Origin: an uncultured Gammaproteobacteria bacterium
GTDB taxonomy: Bacteria > Patescibacteriota > Microgenomatia > Levybacterales > GWA1-39-11
Assembly (NCBI GenBank): GCA_964511305.1
Contig: CAZEEU010000001.1
Span: 191,378-255,377, forward strand
Direction of reading: 5' to 3'
DNA length: 64,000 nt
Both the position numbers and the translations under genes were made by a program. This document shows, piece by piece, positions 1 to 7,944 of this stretch (the stretch's first letter is position 1; each line of letters starts with the position of its first letter). Below the pieces are notes generated by a model. That model did not search any database. It was not told where the DNA came from and saw only the letters and a list, made by a program, of their open reading frames with translations.

Positions 1-1059
1 AGGTGCGTCCCAATTTCCTGTGTAAAGATAGGGAATATAATAAAGAATATTACCAATTGAAAATATAAATAATGGGCCCCTTATAAATTTTTTCTCTATC
101 ATAAGAGCAGCAAAAGGAAAAACGTAAAGTAAATACCAGGGTTGAAAATTTGTACGATATGAAGCAAGTATCACACCTATAATCATAAGTACTATTGAGC
201 CTGCGATGAAATAACTTTGCTTCTTAAATAAGCTTAGAATGATGTAGAGAATTGCGGAAACTAAAGTCACAAATTTAACTCCTGCTGAAAATATCAGAAG
301 AACTCCACCTTTTATGTAATCCCTCTTAAGCAAGAAATAAACGCCAAACATTCCTAGACCCATCATTACGATATCGTTATGTGCAGAGACTAAAGATTCT
401 GCAAGAACAAAAGGATTGAGCGCAAAGGCAGCAATTGGTAGAAGTACATTTGATAACTTTAACTTTGTAGCGATTTTCCCGATTGACCAGACAGTAAGAA
501 GGAAAAAACCTCCCATGAGAAATTTGAAAAGAAAAAAGGTAATAATAAAAATTTGACTACCTACAAAACTTACCGGAACCGTGAGCGCAAGCCATAATGG
601 TCCATACGGGTACACTCTATGAGTCCATCGCATGAACGAAAGCATTGGATCTCCAGGAAAATCTAGTGCCTTATGAATGTAAGGATTCTGATTGTAAAAA
701 GTTACAATCTTTGCGTCAAAAATATAGTTAAAAAGATCATAGGAAAACGCGTTATAAGACAACACTACAATTCCGGTCACAATAAGTATCACAGTCCATA
801 ATTGTTTGTGACCTATTTTATTCTTCTGGACGAGCCTTAAAGTCCAGAAGTAAATCAAGAATAGAAATAAAAATAGAATTATATATAGGAATGTAGATAA
901 AGGCCGATTGAACCAACCTACATATTGAAAAGATTTTTGGATAGTCTGAAGAAATGAAGCTCTTGAAAGTGTTAGGGAAAGATCTACCTGAGTATAAGAA
1001 TATAAGAACAACAGTACACAACCCAATACCCATGATAGGGTGAAAAATTTTGTCCTCAT
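1..1059 (-). CDS. Polytopic membrane GT-C-type glycosyltransferase (alpha-1,6-mannosyltransferase-like), 3' end runs off the window
   Basis: Not in the ORF track. Hand translation from ATG at 1059 gives MRTKFFTLSWVLG...SYDLFNYIFDAKIV...NPY...YPYGPLW...AHNDIVM...QPWY, open to position 1, with many hydrophobic helices. Confidence 0.75.
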   Translation of the reverse strand, partial: MRTKFFTLSWVLGCVLLFLYSYTQVDLSLTLSRASFLQTIQKSFQYVGWFNRPLSTFLYIILFLFLFLIYFWTLRLVQKNKIGHKQLWTVILIVTGIVVLSYNAFSYDLFNYIFDAKIVTFYNQNPYIHKALDFPGDPMLSFMRWTHRVYPYGPLWLALTVPVSFVGSQIFIITFFLFKFLMGGFFLLTVWSIGKIATKLKLSNVLLPIAAFALNPFVLAESLVSAHNDIVMMGLGMFGVYFLLKRDYIKGGVLLIFSAGVKFVTLVSAILYIILSLFKKQSYFIAGSIVLMIIGVILASYRTNFQPWYLLYVFPFAALMIEKKFIRGPLFIFSIGNILYYIPYLYTGNWDAP

Positions 1060-1087
1060 AAGACTTTGTCGTTGAGACAGAATATTG

Positions 1088-1846
1088 TCATAGACCATAC
1101 TTACCGGATGATATCTTTTTTCTAATTTTAAATAACTCAAAGAATCCCTCGACTGAATCTTTAATAGGACTTACTCTTCTGGTCTCAACATACAACCAAT
1201 CAACAGGAACTTCCTTTATCTTGTACCCCTTAGCTTTTGCAACATACAGTATTTCTATATCAAATCCAGCTGTAACTGATGACCCATGAATTGTCTTAAA
1301 TCCATTATGGCTCTCTTTGACATTCTTAAATACATCTTGAGATGCTTTCTTGGAGAAAATTTTAAATCCACATTGTGTGTCCTGTATCTCGGGGAGACCA
1401 ACTATTGCAGAGCGCAAAATCATCATTCCCTTTGCCATAACTTTTCTTGTTATAGGCGCACCTTTTCTATTTGAGCTTCTTGATCCAATAACTACATCAT
1501 AGCCTTCCTTTATAAATGGAAGTAACTTTTCAAGTTCTTCTATTGGGGTTGCTTGATCCATGTCGGCAAAAAGAACGTAGTCTCCTTTTGCGTCTAACAT
1601 TCCTGAAGTAACTGCTCCTGCTTTTCCAGAATGTGAATTTTGAATTACGCGAAACTGCTTCTCGTCATGTGCATAGTCCTTAACATACTCTAGGCTTCCA
1701 TCCGTTGAACCGTCATCAACTATGATGACTTCATAATTAAATTTTTGCTTTTCTAAATACTTTTGAACCTTGGAAAGAGTACCTTTTCGCAGGTTACCCA
1801 TTTCGTTATAGGAGGGAATTACGACTGAAAGGTAGATATTGCTCAT
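1088..1846 (-). CDS. GT2 glycosyltransferase (polyprenol-phosphate glycosyltransferase, DPG/DPM synthase-like)
   Basis: SVVIPSYNE, IIVDDGSTD, DMD (DxD), DTQCGFK and GFDIEIL motifs. Confidence 0.9.
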   Translation of the reverse strand: MSNIYLSVVIPSYNEMGNLRKGTLSKVQKYLEKQKFNYEVIIVDDGSTDGSLEYVKDYAHDEKQFRVIQNSHSGKAGAVTSGMLDAKGDYVLFADMDQATPIEELEKLLPFIKEGYDVVIGSRSSNRKGAPITRKVMAKGMMILRSAIVGLPEIQDTQCGFKIFSKKASQDVFKNVKESHNGFKTIHGSSVTAGFDIEILYVAKAKGYKIKEVPVDWLYVETRRVSPIKDSVEGFFELFKIRKKISSGKYGL

Positions 1847-1903
1847 ACAATTACTAATTATACAAGATTTTGCGTAGTCGCAATAACTTGTATAATTAGG
1901 GTC

Positions 1904-2491
1904 ATGAAATTGATTTTGGGGTCACAATCTTTAGGAAGAAAAGAAGTACTGACAGCTGCTGGATACAGTTTCGATGTTATGGTTGCAGATATTGATGAAA
2001 AAGCTATAAGAGATGACAATTATGAGCTACTTCCTCTTCTAATAGCACGAGAGAAGACAAAGGCTTTACTTTCAAAAATCCAGGAGGACGCGGTTCTTAT
2101 AACCTCTGACCAAGTCGTTGTATGCAATGGTGAGCTTCGAGAAAAACCTGTCGATGCCGATGAAGCTAGGGTTTGGCTTAAAAGCTATGCGTCCTACCCT
2201 TCCCGAGCAATTACATCAGTTATTGTAATAAATACAGTTACAGGCAAATATGCTGAGGGTGTTGATATTGTAGACATAGTCTTCGACAAAATCCCTGATG
2301 AGATTATTGAAAAACTTATTATTCAGGGTAGAATTTTACAAACAGCAGGAGCTTGCATTGCTGAGGATCCCCTACTAAGCCCGCATATTAAAGAGTTAAA
2401 AGGAGACTTAGATAGTCTTACGGGTCTTCCTATGCGACTAGTCAAAAAATTCCTTGATGAAGTAGGATTTAATCAAGATCAAGAAGCTTGA
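1904..2491 (+). CDS. maf: Maf-family nucleoside triphosphate pyrophosphatase
   Basis: LILGSQS..RKEVL, DIDEKAIR, TSDQVV, EKP and GLP motifs. Confidence 0.9.
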   Translation: MKLILGSQSLGRKEVLTAAGYSFDVMVADIDEKAIRDDNYELLPLLIAREKTKALLSKIQEDAVLITSDQVVVCNGELREKPVDADEARVWLKSYASYPSRAITSVIVINTVTGKYAEGVDIVDIVFDKIPDEIIEKLIIQGRILQTAGACIAEDPLLSPHIKELKGDLDSLTGLPMRLVKKFLDEVGFNQDQEA

Positions 2492-2891
2492 GTCCGACTT
2501 CGTCGTTCATTTTTCGCTCGATCTTTTCATCAATAGGAGCCAAGAATATCTCGATCGTCGGTCCAACTACTAAGTCTTTAACATGACCTCCAACGGTTGC
2601 AAATTCCTTGTCTGAAAATACACCGTGTGCATGGATGAAAGGCTGTCCGTCAACTAAAGAAATGTTCCCAGTCATGCCTACCAACTCCATAGGGCTTTCA
2701 AAATGGCGAAATGAATATGTCTTAGTCGGAAGATCGTAAAAAGCTAGCTCTACCTGCTCAACCGCACCAATTGCAGTAAAATAAGCAGAAGATACGTTTT
2801 CTGATTTGCAAAAGGTAATAAAAACATCATTGAACTTCTCGCCCAATTCAAGACGAATAATATATCCTTTTGAGGTATTTTTAATTTGCAT
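2469..2891 (-). CDS. PPC/DUF296 domain protein
   Basis: IRLELGE, AIGAV, ELVGMTGNI, HAHGVF and GGHV motifs. Confidence 0.88.
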   Translation of the reverse strand: MQIKNTSKGYIIRLELGEKFNDVFITFCKSENVSSAYFTAIGAVEQVELAFYDLPTKTYSFRHFESPMELVGMTGNISLVDGQPFIHAHGVFSDKEFATVGGHVKDLVVGPTIEIFLAPIDEKIERKMNDEVGLKLLDLD

Positions 2892-2914
2892 AACAAATAA
2901 ATACTATCATAAAA

Positions 2915-2943
2915 TTGAGTTCAAAGTGAGATTTTAGTATAAT
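2915..2943 (+). promoter_or_regulatory. Sigma70-type promoter of tRNA-Glu
   Basis: TTGAGT-17 nt-TATAAT located 37 nt upstream of the tRNA. Confidence 0.55.
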
Positions 2944-2979
2944 AGTAATCTTGGCACGTCTGCATAAGACGAGTTTTTA

Positions 2980-3051
2980 GGCCCTATAGTCTAGTGGTTA
3001 GGACACTTGGTTCTCATCCAAGAAACCCGGATTCGAATTCCGGTAGGGTCA
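2980..3051 (+). tRNA. tRNA-Glu (anticodon CTC), CCA not encoded
   Basis: GGCCCTA/TAGGGTC acceptor stem, anticodon arm CTTGG-TT-CTC-AT-CCAAG, T arm CCGGA-TTCGAAT-TCCGG. Confidence 0.95.
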
Positions 3052-3067
3052 CTAAGTTCAAATTCGG

Positions 3068-4060
3068 TCACCCATTCGGAAGCTCATCGGAATTTCCAAC
3101 TGAAACTAACTCTTTCACTACTGCGACAACTCCTTGCGTCACTCTCGCTAATGTTTTGAAATCGACCTTATCAGGTGTATCGCTTTCAGTGTGGTAATGA
3201 GCTCCATACCTGAATGGTCCAGTATCGGTTATCATCATTGCTGGATAATCAAACCCCAAATATCCGAAATGGTCAGACCAACCATGAGGTGCAACTTTCG
3301 GCCATATAAATCCACCTCTATCCTCCTGTGACTGTCCATAAACTTCTTCAACTGGAACAGAAGAACTTTCTCTAAAAGTATTACTCACTTTTTCAAGCAG
3401 CTGCTTTCCCTCTCCATAAGAAAGCATTACAATTGCTTCTGGATTTATCGGAGGAATATCACTATTTGGAACTGGATTTTCACCAGTATCTTCAAAACAA
3501 CCCAATTCATCAAGAGCAATCATTCCAACTATGTTTTCGTCTTTTTCCAAGCTATTTTGGGCACTTACAATACTTCCCATTGTTTCTTGCCATGTAAACG
3601 GAGGTTCTTCGTTCACAAAACCAATAAATCTGACAGTCCTATCGTTAGCTTTTAATACACGAGCGACTTCTAACATCGCAGCGACACCTGTCCCATTGTC
3701 ATTTGCACCTGGGATGTTATCTCCTGGTGTATCGTAGTGTGCTCCTAAAATAACAATTTCATCAGGTCTAAGAGAACCTTTTCTTTCTGCAATTACGTTT
3801 GAAACTTCAATTCGTTCATCTACGGTTTTATCTGCTCCTTGAATTGGACCCGCTTCCACAAAGAAAGTTTCCAACCCAACCTCATAACCAAACTCTGTAA
3901 ACTTTTCTCTTAGAAAATCTCTTGAACGATTAAGTGCCTCTGGCACGAAGATTGAACGTGGACCGATTTCAGTTGCAAGAGTTTCTACGTCTTGTCTTAA
4001 TCTTTCTTCGAGGGCTATTGCTTCCAACTCCGCTGGTTGTTGTCTATCTGGTTGAGTCAT
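3068..4060 (-). CDS. M28 family metallopeptidase
   Basis: ILGAHYDT, PGANDNGTGVA, NEEPP, SDH and YHTESDT motifs. Confidence 0.9.
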   Translation of the reverse strand: MTQPDRQQPAELEAIALEERLRQDVETLATEIGPRSIFVPEALNRSRDFLREKFTEFGYEVGLETFFVEAGPIQGADKTVDERIEVSNVIAERKGSLRPDEIVILGAHYDTPGDNIPGANDNGTGVAAMLEVARVLKANDRTVRFIGFVNEEPPFTWQETMGSIVSAQNSLEKDENIVGMIALDELGCFEDTGENPVPNSDIPPINPEAIVMLSYGEGKQLLEKVSNTFRESSSVPVEEVYGQSQEDRGGFIWPKVAPHGWSDHFGYLGFDYPAMMITDTGPFRYGAHYHTESDTPDKVDFKTLARVTQGVVAVVKELVSVGNSDELPNG

Positions 4061-4215
4061 ATGGGCATATTATATACCAACTCTTACTAGTTCTAATTCC
4101 TACTGGGGGAAAGATTAAGCAGAAAGATATAGCCTCGAGGTTTGTTGACCGAATAGACGATACAATTTAATAAGTTCAGGAATTACTAAATTCCGTGCTG
4201 TCATGCGATGGGTCA

Positions 4216-4263
4216 CTTCGGCAGGCTCAGTGCAAGCACTTGTGCTGAACGCAGCTGAAGCAC
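4216..4263. repeat. REP-like palindromic units upstream of the GIY-YIG gene (related units at 4539-4556 and 4590-4617)
   Basis: CTTCGGCAGGCTCAGTG (4216-4232) is an imperfect inverted copy of CACTGAGGTTGTTGAAG (4539-4555); GTGCTGAACGCAGCTGAAGCAC and CCCTGAAC...GCTGAAGGG share a CTGA..GAAG core. Confidence 0.5.
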
Positions 4264-4269
4264 TTCTTT

Positions 4270-4584
4270 ATGCTTCAACCAAAAGATTGGTATATCTACA
4301 TGCTTCTTTGCGACTTAAAAACTTTTTACATTGGAATTACCGACAACCCTATCAGTCGCATTTCTCAACATAAAAACAAAGAGAATATTTCGACTAAAAA
4401 GTTTTCTGAACTTAAGTTTGTTTATGCAGAAAAATATGAAAATAAATATGAAGCTGCTAAAAGAGAAAAACAATTAAAGGGATGGTCGCATAAAAAGAAG
4501 CAAATGTTAGTTGATGGAGAACTCGGTCTCAATGTTTGCACTGAGGTTGTTGAAGGGATGCTACAGAAGAATTTGAATCACTGA
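4270..4584 (+). CDS. Stand-alone GIY-YIG nuclease (UPF0213-like)
   Basis: WYIYML...FYIGIT...RISQH...AAKREKQLKGWSHKKK. Confidence 0.9.
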   Translation: MLQPKDWYIYMLLCDLKTFYIGITDNPISRISQHKNKENISTKKFSELKFVYAEKYENKYEAAKREKQLKGWSHKKKQMLVDGELGLNVCTEVVEGMLQKNLNH

Positions 4585-4616
4585 GCTAGCCCTGAACGAA
4601 CGAAGCGAGCTGAAGG

Positions 4617-4637
4617 GAATTCCGGTAGGGGTCACCA
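4617..4637 (+). repeat. Duplicated 3' end of tRNA-Glu (att-like), ending in CCA
   Basis: Near-identical to 3035-3054, with one extra G and CCA instead of CTA. Confidence 0.75.
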
Positions 4638-4678
4638 TCTTTAAAAAAGCTGATATTTGATCATGATATACTTCAGCA

Positions 4679-5356
4679 ATGAAGTCTTCCTTATTAAATC
4701 GATATATTTATCCTCTTAAAGAACTTCATTACTTTTTTACGTATCCAATTATAAATTTTTTAAAACACCCGCAAAAGTCTTCTACCTTACTGCCTTCCAA
4801 AGGAACAATAGTAATAGTAGAGTGCTGGTTCCAATCGAATGAGTATCACCTGCTATGGCAGAACTATCTGGAAAAGAAAGGCTTCAGAACCCATCTCTTA
4901 ACCTTTAATGACATGAATGAGAGTTTCGCTTCGACGGCAAAAAAACTTAATTTTCAAATTGAAAGCTTAGGAATAAAGAATTTTTCTCTTGTCGGAATTA
5001 GCACTGGCGCAATAGTATGCTTGGAATACCTTACCCAGTTTGAAAAATGGAAATCTATAAAAAAATTCATAAGTGTTGGGGGACCACTTCGTGGGACTCC
5101 CGCAGCGTGGCTTATCAGCTTTACAAAAAAAGGGCGCGACATGACCCCAGATAGCCAGCTTATTCACAATCTTTCCCAAAGATATATCCCGAAAAATAAG
5201 ATGGTTACACTTTCAGCCTCACATGATGAATTGATTCCACTTAAAAACAGCGTGCTTGAAGGAGTACCTTCATACATAATTCATGTTTATGGGCATAATT
5301 TTTTCCATTTAGATCATAAGAACACATACGACCTGATTGCTGAACTCTCTGAATGA
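4679..5356 (+). CDS. Alpha/beta hydrolase (lipase/esterase-like)
   Basis: Nucleophile elbow LVGISTG, GGPLRGT, DELIP and GHN. Confidence 0.8.
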   Translation: MKSSLLNRYIYPLKELHYFFTYPIINFLKHPQKSSTLLPSKGTIVIVECWFQSNEYHLLWQNYLEKKGFRTHLLTFNDMNESFASTAKKLNFQIESLGIKNFSLVGISTGAIVCLEYLTQFEKWKSIKKFISVGGPLRGTPAAWLISFTKKGRDMTPDSQLIHNLSQRYIPKNKMVTLSASHDELIPLKNSVLEGVPSYIIHVYGHNFFHLDHKNTYDLIAELSE

Positions 5357-5367
5357 AAAAATCTACT

Positions 5368-5841
5368 TTATTTTGAAGTATCCAATGAAGAAGGGATAAT
5401 TTGAGAATGCACTTCAGTATCTAATTTAGAATAATCACTATATCTTAACCAATCTACAACCATTTTATATATAACGATATCTGCTTCGGGCATCTTAGAT
5501 AAAGGCGGCGGCCATGATATGCCTCCCTGCTTCGCGTTCTTTTCCGACATCTGAAGAATTGCATTATGATACTCTTCTGCTCCTCTTGGAACTTCCTTAA
5601 TAATACCCTCTGCCTGTACTGTTTTTTGTTGATTTGAAAAAATTACAGTTAAAGCGCCCCTTTTATTTGCTGTTATATTTTCATATTTTCGAGTGTTGGC
5701 TTTAGTTAAAAAAAGGAAATTTAAATCATTATCATGTATAAAGAAAATTGTTGACCCGTGCGGGTTACCATCTGAGTCACTTGTAGAAAGAACAGCAATC
5801 TGCTCTTTTTTTAGAATTTGAATTAAGTTAGGCTTGTCCAT
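5368..5841 (-). CDS. Pyridoxamine 5'-phosphate oxidase-like FMN-binding protein
   Basis: AVLSTSDSDGNPH, FLTKANTRKYENI and VQAEG. Confidence 0.82.
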   Translation of the reverse strand: MDKPNLIQILKKEQIAVLSTSDSDGNPHGSTIFFIHDNDLNFLFLTKANTRKYENITANKRGALTVIFSNQQKTVQAEGIIKEVPRGAEEYHNAILQMSEKNAKQGGISWPPPLSKMPEADIVIYKMVVDWLRYSDYSKLDTEVHSQIIPSSLDTSK

Positions 5842-5918
5842 ACAAATATTATACTACTTACTTGTAGGTTTTATTTCTCAAACAAAAGCTCTCTAGTGCA
5901 TGAGAGTATAATATGCAT

Positions 5919-6572
5919 ATGGATAATACTGTTGCTAAAAAAATTGATGAATTTTTCTTAAAATACAAGCAACAAAAATATAAAAAAGGAGAGATTTTGG
6001 TTAGGGCTGGTGATGATCCTTCAGGAATATTTTATTTAAAAGAAGGTGTGGTAAAAAAATACGCTATCTCAAGTAAAGGTGACGAGATGATAGTTAATGT
6101 TTTTAAAGCAATCTCTTTTTTCCCAATGTCATGGGCAATAAATAAAACTTCCAACGCATATTTCTATGAGGCCTTGACGAATCTCAATGTCTATCGAGCC
6201 CCCCATGATGTTGTCAATAATTTCATCAAACACGAACCAGATGTAATGTACGATCTATTAAGCCGAGTGTATAGGGGGACAGAAGGAATTTTGACACGGA
6301 TGACCTATCTTATGTCTGGAAATGCAAATGGAAGACTCATAACAGAACTTATCATTCAAGCTAAAAGATTTGGAAAGAAAAAAGAAAACGGCATTGAGGT
6401 AAAAACCAGCGAAAAAGATATAGCGGCGCAAAGCGGAATGACAAGAGAAACTGTAAGCCGGGAGATGAGAGTGCTCAAGGATAAAGGGCTGGTTACCTTC
6501 TCTAAGAATATTCTTTTAATACACAGCATGCAAAAGCTCGAGGATCAATTACGATTAGATGAAGAGCTTTAG
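5919..6572 (+). CDS. Crp/Fnr family transcriptional regulator (alternative start 5913)
   Basis: cNMP-binding-like domain (YKKGEILVRAGD..GIFYLKEGVVK) and Crp HTH (IAAQSGMTRETVSR); TATAAT lies 12 nt before ATG 5919. Confidence 0.92.
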   Translation: MDNTVAKKIDEFFLKYKQQKYKKGEILVRAGDDPSGIFYLKEGVVKKYAISSKGDEMIVNVFKAISFFPMSWAINKTSNAYFYEALTNLNVYRAPHDVVNNFIKHEPDVMYDLLSRVYRGTEGILTRMTYLMSGNANGRLITELIIQAKRFGKKKENGIEVKTSEKDIAAQSGMTRETVSREMRVLKDKGLVTFSKNILLIHSMQKLEDQLRLDEEL

Positions 6573-6574
6573 AC

Positions 6575-6931
6575 CTAGTGAGTTGTTCTTGTTATTATTT
6601 CATCTGTTGGGATAATCTCGCTTCTTTTCTTGTCATCACTAGGCAAACCAGTTGGCAACAGATATCCTTGCCATTGTCCCTCTCCTACAAATAACTCGAG
6701 ATGGACAAGATCGACAAGGTCAGGTTCATCCTCCACTTCATACATTCTGAAATTTCCCAATGCAAGAATGTGATCTACCTCATGCTTTTTGTGCGTAGCA
6801 ACTAGAATCTCGCCAATTTTTCCTGCAACAACCCACGCAAAAGTCTTGCTACCCAGTCTAATAATTTTAGTCTGATTATGAGTTTGGATAAGACTATACA
6901 TTCCATTATCAATAAGCTTTATCATGCTCAC
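6575..6931 (-). CDS. Hypothetical protein
   Basis: 118-aa ORF with protein-like composition, filling the intergenic space. Confidence 0.65.
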   Translation of the reverse strand: MSMIKLIDNGMYSLIQTHNQTKIIRLGSKTFAWVVAGKIGEILVATHKKHEVDHILALGNFRMYEVEDEPDLVDLVHLELFVGEGQWQGYLLPTGLPSDDKKRSEIIPTDEIITRTTH

Positions 6932-6958
6932 ATTTTATACATATTAAGTACCCTCTTC

Positions 6959-7024
6959 CGTGATTTAGATCACAAATAATTTGTGACGAAAATCAATGTC
7001 ACATGTATTTAATTGCTATATATT
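6959..7024 (+). promoter_or_regulatory. Tandem Crp/Fnr boxes plus -10 (promoter A)
   Basis: CGTGA-N6-TCACA (6959-6974), TGTGA-N6-TCAAT (6982-6997), TATATT at 7019, ATG at 7031. Confidence 0.75.
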
Positions 7025-7030
7025 TGCTGT

Positions 7031-7480
7031 ATGACAACAAAACACTACTTACTACTGCTAGTTGATAGAGAGCATGCGAAATTTTATTTAATTTCAGGAG
7101 GACATCTTATTGAGGAAAAAGAATTAGAAAAGGATCACGTACCACAAAAGGTAAAACACGGCGATGACACCTGGGACGCACAGGATAAGATATTCCGCCA
7201 CATAGAAGTACATCTCCACAAACATCTACAGCATGTAGCAGAGGAGGCGGCTAAATTTATAAAAGGTAAGAATGTGACTGGCGTATTAATTGGCGGACAT
7301 AAACCATTATTCACCAAAGTTGCTCATCACCTATCACCCCAAATATCAAAGAAAGTCATCGGAACATTTGTAACAGAACTAAAGATCACCAAGGGTACGA
7401 TTTTAAAAAATGCCCAAAAAGAAATAGACAAAATTGAAACCCTAAATGAGGAGAATAAATTACAACAAGCATTGCACTGA
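7031..7480 (+). CDS. Host-attachment / eRF1-domain-2 (baeRF)-like protein
   Basis: LLLVDREHAKFY...HLQHVAEEA...VLIGG pattern; ATG 7031 preferred over TTG 7013. Confidence 0.65.
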   Translation: MTTKHYLLLLVDREHAKFYLISGGHLIEEKELEKDHVPQKVKHGDDTWDAQDKIFRHIEVHLHKHLQHVAEEAAKFIKGKNVTGVLIGGHKPLFTKVAHHLSPQISKKVIGTFVTELKITKGTILKNAQKEIDKIETLNEENKLQQALH

Positions 7481-7481
7481 T

Positions 7482-7904
7482 ATGACTGCAAATACTTTAT
7501 TCAGAATCGTAAGAATACTGTCAATCGGGGGAATAATTTTGGCGATCTACTTACTCTGGGAGCAGGCCACGCAACCCGCCATCCCCCCATGCACAATTAA
7601 CAGCTACATCAATTGCGATGCGGTCATCAGCGGTGCTGTAGCCAAAACTTTTGGCATTCCTACCCCACTTTATGGTCTCGTCGGATATTTGTTTATTTTC
7701 ACATCAACATTAGCTAAAAAAAGGAAAATACTCCTTACGATAGCCACTTTTGGATTGGGTTTCTGTTTGTGGATAGCATACGTAGAACTTTTTCAGCTAC
7801 ATGTTATTTGCCCTATCTGCATTGGGTGTCAATTGATAATGATTTCCGTCTTTACACTTTCTATAATTCTTAATAGAATTAAAAGTGAGAAAAAGAATTT
7901 ATGA
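7482..7904 (+). CDS. Vitamin K epoxide reductase (VKOR) family protein
   Basis: C-x6-C loop (CTINSYINCDAV), FGIP and CPIC active site, 4 TM. Confidence 0.88.
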   Translation: MTANTLFRIVRILSIGGIILAIYLLWEQATQPAIPPCTINSYINCDAVISGAVAKTFGIPTPLYGLVGYLFIFTSTLAKKRKILLTIATFGLGFCLWIAYVELFQLHVICPICIGCQLIMISVFTLSIILNRIKSEKKNL

Positions 7905-7944
7905 TACTGTTCAACGCCAGTAATAAAGACTAAGCTTATATAGC

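Larger units (their letters stand above)
3052..4637. mobile_element. Small islet bounded by tRNA-Glu and a copy of its 3' end; carries an M28 peptidase and a GIY-YIG nuclease, no integrase
   Basis: 3035-3054 GAATTCCGGTAGGGTCACTA recurs at 4617-4637 as GAATTCCGGTAGGGGTCACCA. Confidence 0.5.

Noticed and set aside
818-1033. 71-aa ORF, and the many other short ORFs nested in or antisense to long genes
   Set aside because: Off-frame or antisense to well-supported CDSs; here the real gene is 1..1059 in another frame.
2994-3197. 67-aa ORF
   Set aside because: Overlaps tRNA-Glu and runs antisense to the M28 peptidase.
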